Below, piece by piece: positions 1-13,984 of a DNA stretch of 64,000 nt. The notes beneath the pieces were generated by a model. The model was not told where the DNA came from. It searched no databases and was given only the letters and a program-made list of their open reading frames with translations. The translations under genes were made by a program, and so were the position numbers. This DNA is from Torpedo marmorata (lineage: Eukaryota), in NCBI GenBank assembly GCA_977017645.1, contig OZ360236.1, forward strand, positions 76,756,001-76,820,000. The letters run 5' to 3'. How positions within the stretch are numbered: the first letter of the stretch is position 1; each line of letters opens with the position of its first letter.

Positions 1-1774
1 AGGAAGGAGGAAATGTGAAGTGATCTCCAGCACAGCCATTTTGCAATGAGAATCCTCCTTTGGCAGAGTCACCAAGTGTGACAGCAAGGGGGCCAGGAAA
101 GTGGTGGAAGGTCCATCCATCCCAAACACTGACTGTGAGATAACAAGAGACATGATTGAGGTCTTGTGCTTATCCTTTGAATAATCAGCTGCGTCGGAGA
201 GGGAAATCTATATATATTTTTAAACCCCTACCAAATGATAGATTTTTGCAGACTGGTTTTGAATGATTTTAATTGGAACTAAAGATCTTTTCAGCTGGAG
301 GCAGAGGTTTCTTGTCCACGTTCACTGGTGGCTGTAATAGTCCAATACCTATAAAGTAATGATGATTCTGAGTCCATTTCTCTGCGAGTACATGGATTTA
401 TTGTTATAGACTGGCACATGTTCTGAAAGCGATTGTTCCTGTGCCTGCCCGTTCCCGATACAGAGGTCCTGCCCAGGTCAATGGAATCTGTATTTCCCTC
501 GAGACTGTTTATCTTGCTGTCTGTCTGCTTCGGATCTCGTTTTCTACTTCTTTTTATACATAATCCATGTTCTTTGTATTTGCTATCCTCCACTTTCTGT
601 CCTACTGTCGTGTTTTGAACACTGTTCCTCTCCTTGCTTGCCCATCTCTCCTCCTTTGCTTATCCTCGTTTTATCATTTGCTGTAAATCATTATATGTTG
701 GTGGTTTGGCTGACGATACCTGCACCTTTTAATTCAGTCGCCTGCACTAATTAAGGACTGAAGCTTTCACTTTTTAAATGCTGATGAGTCTTGGGGGAAT
801 CTGCGCCGTTGAGAAGACTCTTTTAAAAAGGGCTTGACCTGTCTGAACCACACAGCTCCTTAGTTGCCAGAAATGATTCTAGAGGGGTGGGGGGGGTTGG
901 AAATGTTGAAAGAAGGATTAAATTGATTTGCTGTGACTGACAGTGTGTATATCATGACTGGTGCTCTTTGCGACTAAACAGATTTGTATTGCTTTTTAAT
1001 AAACTAGTTATTGGAGGCAGCTTCTAACTGTTTTCAGAGGTGACTGCTGCTCTACTTCATCGACATCCTTTTATCTCGGGCCATTCACCACAGGTCACGT
1101 GGCAAATTGGGAATCCAGATGCTGACTAATTGGACTTCTAATTAGTATATTTAAAAATGAATAATTGTCATACTCGTGGGACTCTATCTCGTAGACAGCG
1201 CCGCTACCTTCCATTGTCAGTTTGCAAGTTGATGTGTATCTGACCATTTGATCTTGGTGGGTATGTGGGAGGTGGCAGGTAAAGTGGGGCCATGTTGTTT
1301 GGTGTCTGGTCCACTTGATGCTTGGCACTGATTACTGGATGATGTCGGTAGCGTGGTTTGGAGGGGACAGTCCTACTCCCAGAACCAGGCAGTCAAGGTG
1401 AAGCAGACAGGGTGCCTGAAAGTACAGGGTTGTCAGGCACAATGCTCTTGGCATTGCTATAAGTGGTGCAGGTGCCGTGGGTACATCTGCGCCATGCAGT
1501 TACCAAGCCCTTTTTGATCTCCAGTGAAGGTTGGGCATTGGTAGATTCAATCTCCAGAGAAAGTGATGCAAGTGTACTGAAGGGCCTTCGTGTGCCTGTA
1601 GGGAGCTCGGGTGCCTGACACCAAGTGTCACTGCGTGCTGAGGTTCCACATGTGCTGATGTTGTGAAGGGTGGGTCTGCCCACCTTCCCACCGCGCATTC
1701 CATTCATCAAGACCATGTTGAACCAGCTGTCCCTTCCAGAATAGTTTCTGTAGTAAAGCCACCTATTCAATGAT

Positions 1775-2290
1775 AATGAGAGTTTATTGTCATATGCATA
1801 AGTACAATGTACAGATGCACTGAAATTCTTGCTGGCCGTAACCATACAGGTACATTAAAATATACCAACTACAACAGCATACATTAAATACCACAATATG
1901 CCAAGACCGAAAAACAGATAATGTGGAAGGATAGATAAATAAATATTTGCAGTTGCAGTTAGTGCAAGAAAAAGCGATGTTTCAGTCGTGCAAACAGATC
2001 TTTTGATGGTCCTGGAGTCGTTTATGGTTAGAGTCCTATGAGGAGGAGGGGATGGGTACAAGAGCCTGATAGCTGTTGGGTTTAAAAACTGTTCTTGAGG
2101 TGATGGACTTCAGGCATCTGTACCTTCTGCTTGAAGGGAGCAGTGAGAAGAGGTTGTGACCAGGGTGATAGGGATCTTCTGTGATGTTGGCTGCCTTCTT
2201 GAGGCAACACCTCACATAGATGTCTTCAGTGGATGGGAGGCCGATGCTGTCATGGACTTGGCTAGATTTGCCACTTTCTGCTGCCTTTTG
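1775..2290 (-). mobile_element. Rex/Babar-type LINE 3' fragment
   Basis: Minus strand DPYHPGHNLFSLLPSSRRYR. The 3' UTR is shared with copies at ~37880-38090, 45265-45550 and 55880-56760. Confidence 0.75.
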
Positions 2291-2294
2291 AGTT

Positions 2295-3495
2295 CTGCTG
2301 CAGTTTGCATATAGATCAAACCGCTCCACAGATGATGCCATCATTACCACCCTCCACCTAGCCCTCACCCACCTGGAAAATAAGGATGCGTGTGTTCGAA
2401 TGCTGTTTATTGACTTCAGCTCGGCATTCAACACGATCATACCTCAGTACCTGATAGGGAAGTTGAGGGGGCTGGCCTAAACTACACCCTCTGTAATTGG
2501 ATCCTAGACTTCCTGACGGGAAGACCTCAGGCAGTCCGGATTGGAAACAGCACTTCCAAGGTCATTACATTGAGCACGGGGGCTCCCCAGGGCTGTGTGC
2601 TTAGTCCATTGCTGTTCACCCTGCTGACTCATGACTGTGCAGCAAAACACAGCTCGAATCACATCATAAAGTTTGCTGATGATACAACCGTGGTGGGCCT
2701 TATCAGTAAGAATGATGAGTCAGCATACAGAGATGAGGTGCAGTTGCTAATGGAATGGTGCGGAAACAACAACCTGCAGCTCAACATGAACAAAACAAAA
2801 GAGTTGGTTGTTGACTTCAGAAGGGCCCGGGGGGATCATTCTCCTTTGACCATGGATGGCTCTACCGTTGAGGTCGTAAAGAGTACCAAGTTTCTTGGAG
2901 TGCACTTGGCGGAGAGTCTCAGCTGGTCCCTAAACACCAGTTCCATAGTCAAGAAAGCCCAGCAGCGTCTTTACTTCCTGCGAAGACTGAGGAAAGTTCA
3001 TCTCCCACCCCCTATCCTTACTACATTCTACAGGGGATGCATTGAGTGTATTCTGAGCAATTGCATCACCGCTTGGTTTGGTAACTGTACCACCTCGGAC
3101 CGAAAGACCCTGCAGAGAATAGTGAAGGCAGCAGAGAAAATTATTGGAGTCTCTCTCCCCACCATGACAGACATTTACAACACACGATGCATGAGGAAGG
3201 CTAAAAACATTGTGAAGGACTTCTCACACCCCTTTGGTAAACTGTTTTCCCCTTTGCCACCTGGAAGGAGGTACCGAAGCACTCGGGCTCGCACGTCCAG
3301 AGTGTGCAACAGTTTTTTTCCCCCAAGCCATCAGGCTTCTCAATTCCTAGATATATATGTGTATTAGCATGTTATAGTTTTTCTATTGTATTATGATATT
3401 TATGTACATCTGCCCATGGTCCTGGAGAAACGCTATCTCGTCTTACTGTGTATTTGGTAATGAACGACAAATAAAGGTGACTTGACTTGACTTGA
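2295..3495 (+). mobile_element. Rex1/Babar-type LINE, 5'-truncated (RT + 3' end)
   Basis: ORF 2570-3367 has [32 protein letters not shown] and [13 protein letters not shown]. Upstream sequence encodes [14 protein letters not shown]. Tail is aataaaggt(gactt)n. Confidence 0.9.
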
Positions 3496-6059
3496 CCACC
3501 AATCGGCCAGATGGTCCACATGGAATGTCCTGGTTGGATCCTGTGGGATGATTCCCCGAGCGAATGGTGCTGGAGCTATGATGTGCTGAACACGGCAAAT
3601 CAGGCAGCATCTTGGGAGAGAAGAACCCTTGGCTTGCCTTTCATCACAACTGGCCTGTTCTGACACAAACTGGAAACCCTGGTTATCTGAAATGGTTGAC
3701 TTCCATGTCACATCCTGAGCAAGGTGCCTAGTCAGAAGCTGAAGTGCAGCGTCCATGGTTCTTTAGCTTTTCAATGAAAGTACATTGGATATATTTTCAA
3801 ATATTATGAATTACCGGTAAGTATATTTTTGATTTTTAAAGCACGATCTCAAAAGCCATATTCAAACAACTTGCTTTTTTTTTTTTTTGAAAGAGAAAAT
3901 GGGTGTTTTTGTGAATGTATTAAGCCCAATGAATTGTAGATATAAACAGCAGAAGTGCAGTTGGGATGTGCATAACTAAAATTAGCCAGTGTGGTTAAAA
4001 TGGTCACATCAGTTGCTGGTCACTGGTTTCTACTGGAGTGGAAAGGCTGGAGGGGGGCAGTGTGAAAGTTTTGGTGCTGTGTATGTTGAACTATAGAGCA
4101 GGAAACAACAACAGCACAATACCAAAGACTACCCTTCCACTCAATGAGGAAGATGTATTATGCTGCATTAGTGTTGGGCAGTATGGCTCCAGGACTGACG
4201 ATAATGAGTGAACCCATGTTGAGGGCAAGCCCCCCTCGTGCTCTCAAACGACAGTAGCTCAGTGTGGATTTAGTTGTCTGGTTTTTTTTTTAATAAAAAT
4301 CCCTCTACACATGTAATGGTAGCTATAGATACTGAATTGTCCCTCCCCATGTCTGTAACTTCCCCCAGCCATTTGTTCTCCAATCTCTCTGCTTCCAGTC
4401 CTGGCCTCGGGTGTTCACTAGTGGTGACTCTGCCTGTCAAGGTGTTGGAGGGGGAAACTGCCTCCACCCTTGTAGTCACCTGTCCTGATATCTGCTCAAG
4501 TGTGCTGTTGTCAAATTTTGTTGATTAAACTCTTGTGGACATGACAGTTAACTTCCTCCCCTCTTTCCAAAACAGTAACATTGGTACGCCTATATTGCAA
4601 CACTTAGTCCCCAAAGTCTGATGCACTCCCATCCTGGGACTTCTGACCTCCATCTCCAGGGTCCCAAGCCGTCAGCCCTCCCAGTCCCTGGTCTTAGGTT
4701 TTTATGACGCATCCAGAAACAAAAGCAAATATGTAATTGATGGCAAAGAATAAGTCTGCAGATGCTTGAAAACTGGAGCAATGCACAAAGTGCTGAAGGA
4801 ACCCAGCGGGTCAAGCAGCATCGTAGAAAGCAATAGACGTTTGATGTTAGTAAAAAAACACAAATGCTGGAGAAACTCAGCAGGTCAAACAGTGTCTTAA
4901 AATTTTGTGCTTAAAAACCCTTCATCAGGAATCCGTGGAAGCTGCTGAGTTCCTCCAGTATTTTGTGTGTTCCAATCATGTAACTAGATTGGAATAATGA
5001 ACTGCAGTGCATCAATAAATGAGTACTGAAGAAGAATGGTGGGAACAAAGGTAAAAACACACCACAGCCATGATTAAACATTTTAAAATGTCCACATATT
5101 AATCTCTTTTTTTCCCTACAAAACCAAACGCCTACTGACTTTTGTAAATTACTGCAATTAATAAATTTTACGCAATTTTGTCTGTCCTGTCTGCAATTTA
5201 GCTGTAATTGTTTTGTACTTTCATCCTGAAGTCTAGGTTGGGACTTGTATATGCTAAGTGAGTCCCATAATACCAGGGAGTGTTAACACTGAGGCTGGAA
5301 GAGTCAGGGCTGTGTAATTCTGTCATCAAAGAGTTATCCTATCTGTACTGGGTGAGTAGCCATGCCCTGATTAAACTGTCTGCAAGCAGCAGCACGTCAG
5401 GGGACAGCTGCTTTCTCCCTTGGTCAGATCCTTTATGCATCAGCTGATTCTTTTGTGCGATGGTTGTAATATTTTTCCCTCTCATGCGCAGCCTGTGTGG
5501 TTCACCCTGTCTGGATTTTGAGTAAACTGCGTTGGGCGAACGTGGCCAGCTGTCTTCTATGTTTCCATGAGGCAGTTTAAAACGGTGATTTTTTTAAAAT
5601 TGGAAGTTGAAGATTTTGGTGGATAATCCCTCTTGTCCTGACTGTTGGAGAAATTGTGAAGGTTTTTCTGTGCCCAGAATCAATTCCTTTATTCTCATTC
5701 TGAACCTTGCTGCAAACCCAACCATTCTTTCCCCGCACTTGGTTGCAGGCACTCACGCAGTGTCAGCGAGCAGTTAATACATCTTATTTGCATCTTGGCT
5801 CTGTCTATACTTTTGTAACTATTGGATCTCTATTTGGCAAGGACTTTTATCAATGGGTCTGGAAAAGTTAAATTTTCCTGGACAGTAGGTACAAATCTCA
5901 GTTGCACTTATCATGATGTGCCTATTTCTAAATGTAAGCTTCTCCTCCATTTGGCCTCTTGTAGAAAAAATCCTGCTCTCACCCAGTAATGTGTAGGATA
6001 CAACGGAGATTATTGGGGCCGTGACGGAGACAATCAAGTCTTCACTGGCTTTGGGTAAG

Positions 6060-7860
6060 ATAAGTGGAGGATAACAAATGTTATTGAAGGGTAGCAGGGG
6101 TAGGCCAGTTAATTCTGGACCAGTTAGTGTGAAATCTGTGTTTGGGAAATTATTTTTTTTAATTGAAGGACAGACTACCCTTGGAAAGACACATGCTCAG
6201 CCTGGGGGGGTGGGGGTCTTGTCTGACAAATTTCAGGGTTTTTTTTAAACCAAAAACTAAATATATTGATGAAGGCAGTGAGATTGATGTGGATTTACAC
6301 AGGGCTTGGACAGGTCCCACATGGAGGGTTGGCATTTTTTCAGATGTTGATAGCAAGAAATATAATCTTGGGCTACAAAACGATGTTGATCCGCTGGTAA
6401 ATTAGACAGACCAGTGACCATGGAATTTAATCCCGATCATTGAGGCAATGCATTTTGGGAGATCTCATCAGCATTGGATGTATACAACAACTGGTTGGGT
6501 AAGGGAGTATTGTGGAACAAATGGATCTTGCTTTTCAAGTTCAAAGGCCCTTGCAGGTGGTAGCAAAGGTCAATGAAGAGCGGGTGCTTGCCTTTGTAAG
6601 CGGGGCAGAGAGTAAAATAGCAGGAAGGCCGTGGCATAATTTTATAAAACATTGGTTAGGCCACAGTTGGAGTATTGCATGCAGTTCTGGTTGCCATACT
6701 TTGGGATGGATGTGTTTATGCTGGAGAGAGAACACAAGAGATTCACCAAAATGTCAGCTGGGACAGAATGCACAAAGCAGTACAGCACTCTATGCCTTTG
6801 CTGACTCTAATGCCATTGTCATTCCATCTGCTTGCACACGATCTGCACCCCTCATTTCCTTTGCCTCAGTGTTCGTCTAAATGCTTCAAACGTTGGTATC
6901 TTCTATCACCTTCGTGTGTGTGTGTGTGCTTTCCACCATGGCTATATCCTCTTGATGTTTGACGTTTCTACCCTGGGATAAAGACTGCCAATTTCATGAT
7001 TTTATGTCCTTGTATTAGGTTGTCCCTAGCCTCCAACATTCCAGGAAACAGAATCCAAGTTTGTCAAATGTCTCCTTGTAGCTTATACAGTCCAATCCTG
7101 GCAACGTCCTGGTGAATCTCTTCTGCACACTCTCCACATTTGAACACACTACTCAAAATGTGGCCTAATCAAACTTTTGTATAGCTGCTAACCTTTATAT
7201 TCGATGCTCTGACAGACAAAGTGCAATCATGGCGCATGCTGCCTTTACCCCCTATCCACGTGCGTTGCTACCTTCAGGCCTTGCACCCCAAGATCCCTCT
7301 GTACATCTTGGTCCTGCAATGGTCCTGCCACTTACTGTGCACTTTTGCATTTGATCTCCCAAAATTCATCACCTCACACTTGTCTGGATTGAACTCCATC
7401 TGCTGTTCCTCTGCCTGTATTTCCCTCTTATCTATATACTATATCCTTTTGTATCATTTGACAGTCTTCCTCCCAATTCATTGGATGCAGTCCATTTCAT
7501 GACTGCATCCAAACCACAATCTCAGTACAGATGAGGGTGTATAAAATCATGAGAGGCATTGATCGTCAGAATCTTCTCACCAGGGTAAAAGAGTCATGTG
7601 TTTAAGATGAGGGGGAGGAAGTTTAAGGGAGATGTGCGGGGCATATATTTTGCACAGAGTGGTGGGTGCCAGGAGTAGTTGTGGAAACAAATACAATGAT
7701 AGTGTTTAAGAGGTGCTTTGATAGACACGAGAATATGCAGGGGATGGATGGATGGTTTCTATCAGGTACAAGCAGCTGAGTTCTGGTTTGCTTTTGACAT
7801 TGTGTTCGGCACAGACACGTGGGTTGAAAGACATGTTCTTGTGCTCTCCTATTCTATGTG
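6060..7860. mobile_element. Cluster of degenerate CR1 fragments (+ ~6060-6770, - ~6950-7500, + ~7530-7860)
   Basis: Motifs ttggttaggccacagttggagtattgcatgcagttctggttgcc, ctcaaaatgtggcctaatc and gggtgtataaaatcatgagaggcattgat. Further CR1 3' tails at ~16750-17100, 23020-23310, 25020-25235, 27585-27710, 30390-30800, 31420-31660, 44550-44890, 52200-52410 and 55390-55710. Confidence 0.65.
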
Positions 7861-7964
7861 CTATTCATCCTAAACCATTCATGCTGGCATGTACACTCCA
7901 CTTGACACACCCCTCAATCTTTTCCAATTTAAACTCTTCAACTTAACTACGTCCCCTTGTGGAC

Positions 7965-8085
7965 CCTGGTGCTGAGGCCAAGGTCGCAGAGTTTGGGGGT
8001 GAGTTTGTTTGGCACAATTGCGTTGAAAGTGGACCTGCAGTCGATGAATAATAGTCTGATGTAGGTGTCCGTCAAGTGAAATCCA
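7965..8085 (-). mobile_element. Short Rex/Babar RT fragment
   Basis: Minus strand encodes DTYIRLLFIDCRSTFNAIVPNKLTPKLCDLGLST. Confidence 0.7.
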
Positions 8086-11000
8086 AGATGGTGATCGGGA
8101 CGTTCTGAGAAAGGGGGAAGTGGGATCTTCTAACAATACCGCAATCTGCTCTGAGAGTAAACCTTTAGCTGGGTTGAAGGTATGATACAAATGTACATTT
8201 TGTCTACTGGGAAGCCAGGTGTTGGCCGCCACCACATCATTTAACTTGATTCCCACTTGACAGAAGAAATGCTTCAGTTACTGCTGGCCTTGTTCACAAA
8301 TGGATGGAAGACTGTTGATCCAGATATTACTAACCCACAGTAAGGTGGCTTGGCTTTTGCCAGCTCCCACCACTTCTTGGCAACGTTTAACTGCTTTTTG
8401 ATGGATGAACAACCCTAAAATGTTCATGCAGCTGTTTTCATTCTCGGCAGCCTGTGTGGAGCACTCGGGGACCATTTATGGAACTCTTCTTGAAGCAGAC
8501 ACCACCTTGGTGGTTTGTAAGCCTTAAAGAGCCTGTGGCTTTAGACTAGAAGGTGTACAGGGTGTTCCTGGTAGTGTGTGCATGCACCAGAGTTTAGATA
8601 TTAGAGCTCGTATGATATAAATCACAGCTGCCGATTCTGTTTCCAAAATTCAATTTTTGTGAAGCGAGCAAGTGGTGTTTGTTATGTTCCTGAGGAAGAT
8701 CTGGCCTCCTGGCATCTCTTCAAAGTCATGTAAAAATAATACTGGTTTCCATTCTTCTAAAGCTGCTTTTGAGCGAGCGTGTTCACATGAGTTAATGGTT
8801 AAGCTGTGTCAAACCTGTTGTGGAAAGAGAGGGTCTGGGCTGTAACATTCTTCCCTCTGCCTGTCACTTGGGAGACGAGCTGGGCGTTGTCAAGATTTGA
8901 ATCCCGGCTCATTCCTCTGAGGAACCAACTTTGGATCGTTTCCACCTTGCAAATGTGCGCACTTTTAGCAATGTGCATGCGGAGTGTGTTCAGGGCAGTC
9001 ATGAACAAAAATGCACTGCTGGAATAGTTGCTAACCTGCAGATATCTTCCTTCCATTCATTGCCCTGCAAGTTCATTCCTTGTTTCCAATAAAAGCAATA
9101 GAATGGTTAATTATGTGGACTATACAAATCTCACTTGGTTTATATTTTGTGGCTGGATTCTAGACTTGGAGGAGGCACAAAAGTTGATCTTTGTTATTTT
9201 TATCCCTCCTTGAACAACAATGATTGGCTTGGCATTTTAACATGGTACAATATCCTAATACAGCAGCGTCATTGAACAAAGTCAGCCACAGCATATTTGG
9301 GCAAAAGGCCAATGTCCAATCAGAGAGATGGTGGTTTTTGCCCAGTTCCCTCCTTTTAACAAGGGCATTTCAGAGCTATGGCTGCCTCTACCTTGTTGGA
9401 TGACGTAAAAACTCAGAAATGCTGGAGGAACTCAGCAGGTCTCGCAGTGTCCATAGGAGGTAAAGATCTCTAACCGTTTTGGACTGGAGCCGTTCCTCCA
9501 GCATTTCTGTGTTTTTACTAAAATCACGTCATCTGTAGACTTTTGTTTCATTCCTTGGATGTTGGACAAGTTTGGTCAGGTCACTCCACTGTCCTTCAAA
9601 TCAAAAATGCCACATGGAGCTGCTGCATGAAGATCACGCACACGGTTCCTCTTGATGAACAGAATCTATCCTATGGTTTGGAGAGCGATTCTCCTGCCAT
9701 TAGGAATAGGTGACTTGGGAAGATCTCTAGATGGCTTTCCCTATGACAGACTGCAGAGAGACACCTCTGTGGTTACTCCATTTGGATTTGCCTCATCCTG
9801 AACAGCATCGGGGTCCCCTGGCACATCCTCCTCTTTCCAGGGATGAGAGAGCAGGAGTTGAATTTGTCTGGTGTTGATATCTGAATTTTAGAATTTCAGC
9901 AGAGATTTCTCCTCCTCCTGTAACCTTGTTTCTCAGTTGGCATGTGGCTGTGTTGACCTGCTTTTCAGAGTTGTTGGCAAGGCTGGGCCTGATAGTTTGT
10001 GGATGGGGATGTAGGCAGAATCATAATTGAGATGATCTTTGAAATAGCATTTTCAATGGGCAGTAACTACCTCTTCTGAATAGGTGTGTCTCCATTTTGA
10101 CAGTCATCAGGATGCATTGATGGGTGCTTGGGAAGTAGCTGTCATTGTTAGTGTTGAAGAATCCACTTGTTTCATGGCTGTTAGCCAGTTACTGGGCCTA
10201 CTGCGTACATCTCTGCCAACATCTATTCATACAATGTTTGTTTTTTTTTGTTATCTTTGGACCTCTACCTTCAGGTCCCTGTGAAATGGTGGAGTTTCCA
10301 ATTGTGGAATGTCTTGTGTTTGTGGTTAATTAGCTCCTGCAATTCCTGATGATTCCCATCAAACCATTCCTGGTGAAGGTAGAGAAGTCAAGAGTCTCTT
10401 CACAAGTGCTGATTTTGGTAGATAAGTGCATCTTGTAGGCTGTGGACATTCCACACCCGTTGACTGGTACTTGGGTTGTTTGAGTGTTGCTGTCTGAAAT
10501 GAGCTTTCTTTTGTGGGATCCTTGAGACCTTCAACATTGATTTTCAAATCTACCTATGGCCTCTTACCTGCTTGCCTGAACCTACTGCAACCCCCCCCCC
10601 CCTTTCCACCAACATTTTTACTTGGGTGTCTATCTGTTTTTGTTTTTTTTCTGATTCCTCTGTTGCATATCCGGCCACGTCAAAGCATCTGAGTATGTAG
10701 GCTGCATCACTCAGGGTCATCAGTGATGGTCCACATGTGACAGGCCCCAGACTTTCTCTGGGGCACCGGATTTTTCCCATGCATGGTATCCTTTAACACG
10801 CAGCGCTCATTGCCTGCCAGCCACAGTGCAGAGTTGTCAGAGTGAGGTCTTACTTCAATGGCAAGGAGGACCAAGGATCTCCGTGGTCATTAAGGCAAGC
10901 GGAGACGCGTGTACCGCGGCCTAGTAGTGGGATGAAGAAAAGAGCTTGGATAAGGCCAGAAATTAAGGGATGCGGCGTTCTTGGAGTGTTGGCAGGAACG

Positions 11001-11559
11001 GTGGGACAGAGGGAGTGTCCTACTCCAACCTCTGGCTTTTTCAAACTTGGGTAATGAAGAGCAGGTGAGATCCTGTTCAACGTGAGCCAATCATAACAAC
11101 AAAAAGACTGCTGACCAAACTTGCCTTGGTATTGAAGTGTGCCAAGACAGCCGGATACCAAACTAGGTGGTTCTAATGATCCACAAGACCCAGGGAAAGG
11201 AAGGAACTAATCCTTATCGTAAATGGCATGGACTGTGGACAACAACCAAATGCTACAATGTTGGGAGGAGAGAGTTAATGGGGGTGGGGGGATGACAGTA
11301 GTTTTATTCATGCAGGACAAAATCAGTTTTCATGTGAAATAACTTGAGCTGGAGATTGGAAATGGCAAACATTAAATGTGGGAATATAGCAAAGCACAAT
11401 CTGTATGTTAATTTGGCACAGAGACAAAAGTTCATCTCTTTTAATTTCACGAGAATGCTGTCCTGGAAAGGTTGGGGTACCTCTAGAGTGTAGGCTTTGA
11501 TTGTTGATCTCAGTCCATCTTGTTTTCAATCATCACTCGTGGTCAATCTAGACAATAAC

Positions 11560-12665
11560 TTTCTTTTTCAATCATTTTATTAATCATATTATAGGTAAAC
11601 AATACATGAGGAGAGTGGGAGTACATAAGAAGAAAAAAATGTATCACTATATGACATCATATGATATAACATATTGCATTACCACCACAATTAACGAATA
11701 TGTTCTCAACTCCTCAAACTGAAATCTTCCAAATAAAACAAAATTATTTTATTATATAAAACCCCACCTAATCTAAGAAAAAAAACACACACAAAAAAAA
11801 ACTGGGCAGCCTATCCTGAGAATTTATTAATAAAAATTAATCATCTGGTCTTCACCAACAAAGAGAAAAGAAATAAAATTAAATATAGTCCGGAAGGGAA
11901 AATAATTATACTAACTAAGTCATGTGGAAATAATTTATTAAAGGTCACAAGTCTCTTCAAATTTAACAGAAGTATCAAATGTACGACTCCTAACTTTCTC
12001 TAAACTTAAACATGGCATAATTTGAGAGAACCATTGAGTCAAAGTAGGTGGATTAGAATCTTTCCATTTAAATAAAATAGCTCTTCTAGCCAACAATGTA
12101 GAAAAGGCTACAACCCGATGTGTGGAAGTGGGAACTCGTCCCACTTCTGGAACTATAGTTCCAAAAAGAGCAGTCAATGGGTTAGGTTGCAAACTAATAT
12201 CCAGTATAGCTGACAAGGTCTTAAAAATATCTATCCAATGCCTCTCCAACATAGGACATGACCAAAACATATGAGTTAGAGAAGCCACTTCTGATTTACA
12301 TCTATCACAAATAGGGCTAACGTTAGAAAAAATACGGGACAATTTGTCTTTCGATATGAGCCCGATGTACCACTTTAAACTGAATCAAAGAATGATGAGC
12401 ACATATTGAAGAAGTATTATCCAATCCAAAAATCTTCTCCCATGATTCCTCTGGAAGATGTAACTGAAGTTCCTCTTCCCAGGCCCTTTTAATTTTGTCA
12501 TTAGAATTTGATTGCAATCTTAATAACTTTTTATAAATATTACCTATTAAACCCTTATGAGAAGGGTTCAAATGAAAAAAAAGTATTAATCAAATCCGGT
12601 TGGTACAATGTTGGAAAGTTAGGCAGTGAAGTATTCAGAAAATTTCTAATTTGGAAGTATCTTTA
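11560..12665 (-). mobile_element. L1-clade LINE 3' fragment
   Basis: ORFs SLIQFKVVHRAH and CDRCK...HMFWSC...LLARRAILFKWK, plus an AT-rich 3' UTR. Confidence 0.85.
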
Positions 12666-12699
12666 TACTTTTAGAGTGACTAAAATGGTCTTTTACAGG

Positions 12700-13030
12700 C
12701 CTCTTAATCATTGCAACAACCTATTAAAGGACCTGTCCTAACCCTGGTCACACTCTCCTCTTTCCCCCCCCCCCCCCTTCCATTAGGCTTAAAAACACAA
12801 ACCTCCAGATTCAAGGACAGTTTCCTCTTTGCTGTTATCAGATTCTTGCATGGTCCTCTCATTGGTAAAAGATGATACTCTTGCACTGTTCTTTCTCTCT
12901 ATCCTGCACTTGCCTTGTAACACGATAGCCTTCACTTTTGTTTGATTATTGCACTACCTGCTGTACCTCCTGGATAGCATGCAAAACTTCTCACTGTATC
13001 TTTGTACATGTAACAATAAACAATTCAATT
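12700..13030 (+). mobile_element. Degenerate Rex/Babar 3' end
   Basis: ttcaaggacagtttc...gctgttatcagattcttg and tail gtaacaataaacaattcaatt. Similar minus-strand remnants at ~24575-24900, 43805-44130 and 62480-62900. Confidence 0.55.
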
Positions 13031-13655
13031 AGTTTGAATCCTATTGTTCTGGCATCTCTAGCTTAGTGGCGCACTCACCAATATATTACAAGGCAAGTTT
13101 GGTCAGCTGAATGGCCACTTTTATTGTGCACTTTGAAACTGTACACCAAGTATTTCGGTAAGTAAATTCAGATGGCAAAAATTATGTTGCACAGACCAGG
13201 CGATGACTTTGAATCGATAACAAGAGAATGAGCATTTAGGGCAGGAGGAGGTGATTAATGAATGATTAAATTGAGATGCTAAAGATGATTAAATAATTTG
13301 ATTGTTTCCATTTACCCTGTTTTCTTGTTGGTGGAGTTCCAAAGAAAGAACAGAAACTTTTAAAATGAAAGCTTAAATTCTTTCCTCAGGACAGAGGCTG
13401 GGAGTATGAGGATGGTGTTAACGATGACAAGCAAAGTACATAAGAGTTGAGATGATTAGATTGAATGGTCAAGCAGAATGGAAGGGCTGGATGGCCTCAG
13501 CCAGCTCCTGTGATCCATTTGCTGGGATATCAGAATGTTTTTCTATTTTCTGCGATTTTAGAACAAACAACGAGGCTTGGGTCCATTTTCTGAGCCCTCT
13601 CTAATTAGGAGTTCTGGCTGTGTTGTTGTTGACGACACACTTCAGAGACACTAGT

Positions 13656-13984
13656 AGCCCCATTCACACTGACACTTTATCCCAGTAATTAACTGCCAAT
13701 ATACCAGTTAATGTGCCAGTGTGAACGCTCGCGAATCGGCACGCAGGCGTCAGATCACCCTGGGGATGGACCGCCTAGGTAGGGTGTATCATCTCAGTTA
13801 GCCCAGTGTGAAAGGGACAGGGTATCCTGGGACCAATTAGTGAGGATAGGTGCCTCACACCCCTGGGATGCCTGGTGGTGAGTGTGAAAGGTCGCAGAGA
13901 ACCGGTTAACAGTGGTCCAGTGTGAATGGCAAAAACGGCTTCTTGAACAGCCAATTTTACTGGTTAGCCAGTGTGAAAAGGGCT
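13656..13984. mobile_element. MITE, PIF/Harbinger-like
   Basis: TIRs agccccattcacactg / cagtgtgaaaagggct, with AGTGTGAA repeated internally (~13718, 13805, 13881, 13919, 13970). TSD ambiguous. Confidence 0.6.

Noticed and set aside
1090-1760. Possible ancient Tx1/RTE-like LINE remnant
   Set aside because: Only faint motif resemblance (W.LHGA..T); too degraded to assign without a profile search.
3767-3822. Exon-like segment with CG|GTAAGT donor (similar case at 13111-13163)
   Set aside because: The open frames end in phase 2, incompatible with the phase-1 acceptor at 53116. It could only be UTR and there is no other support.
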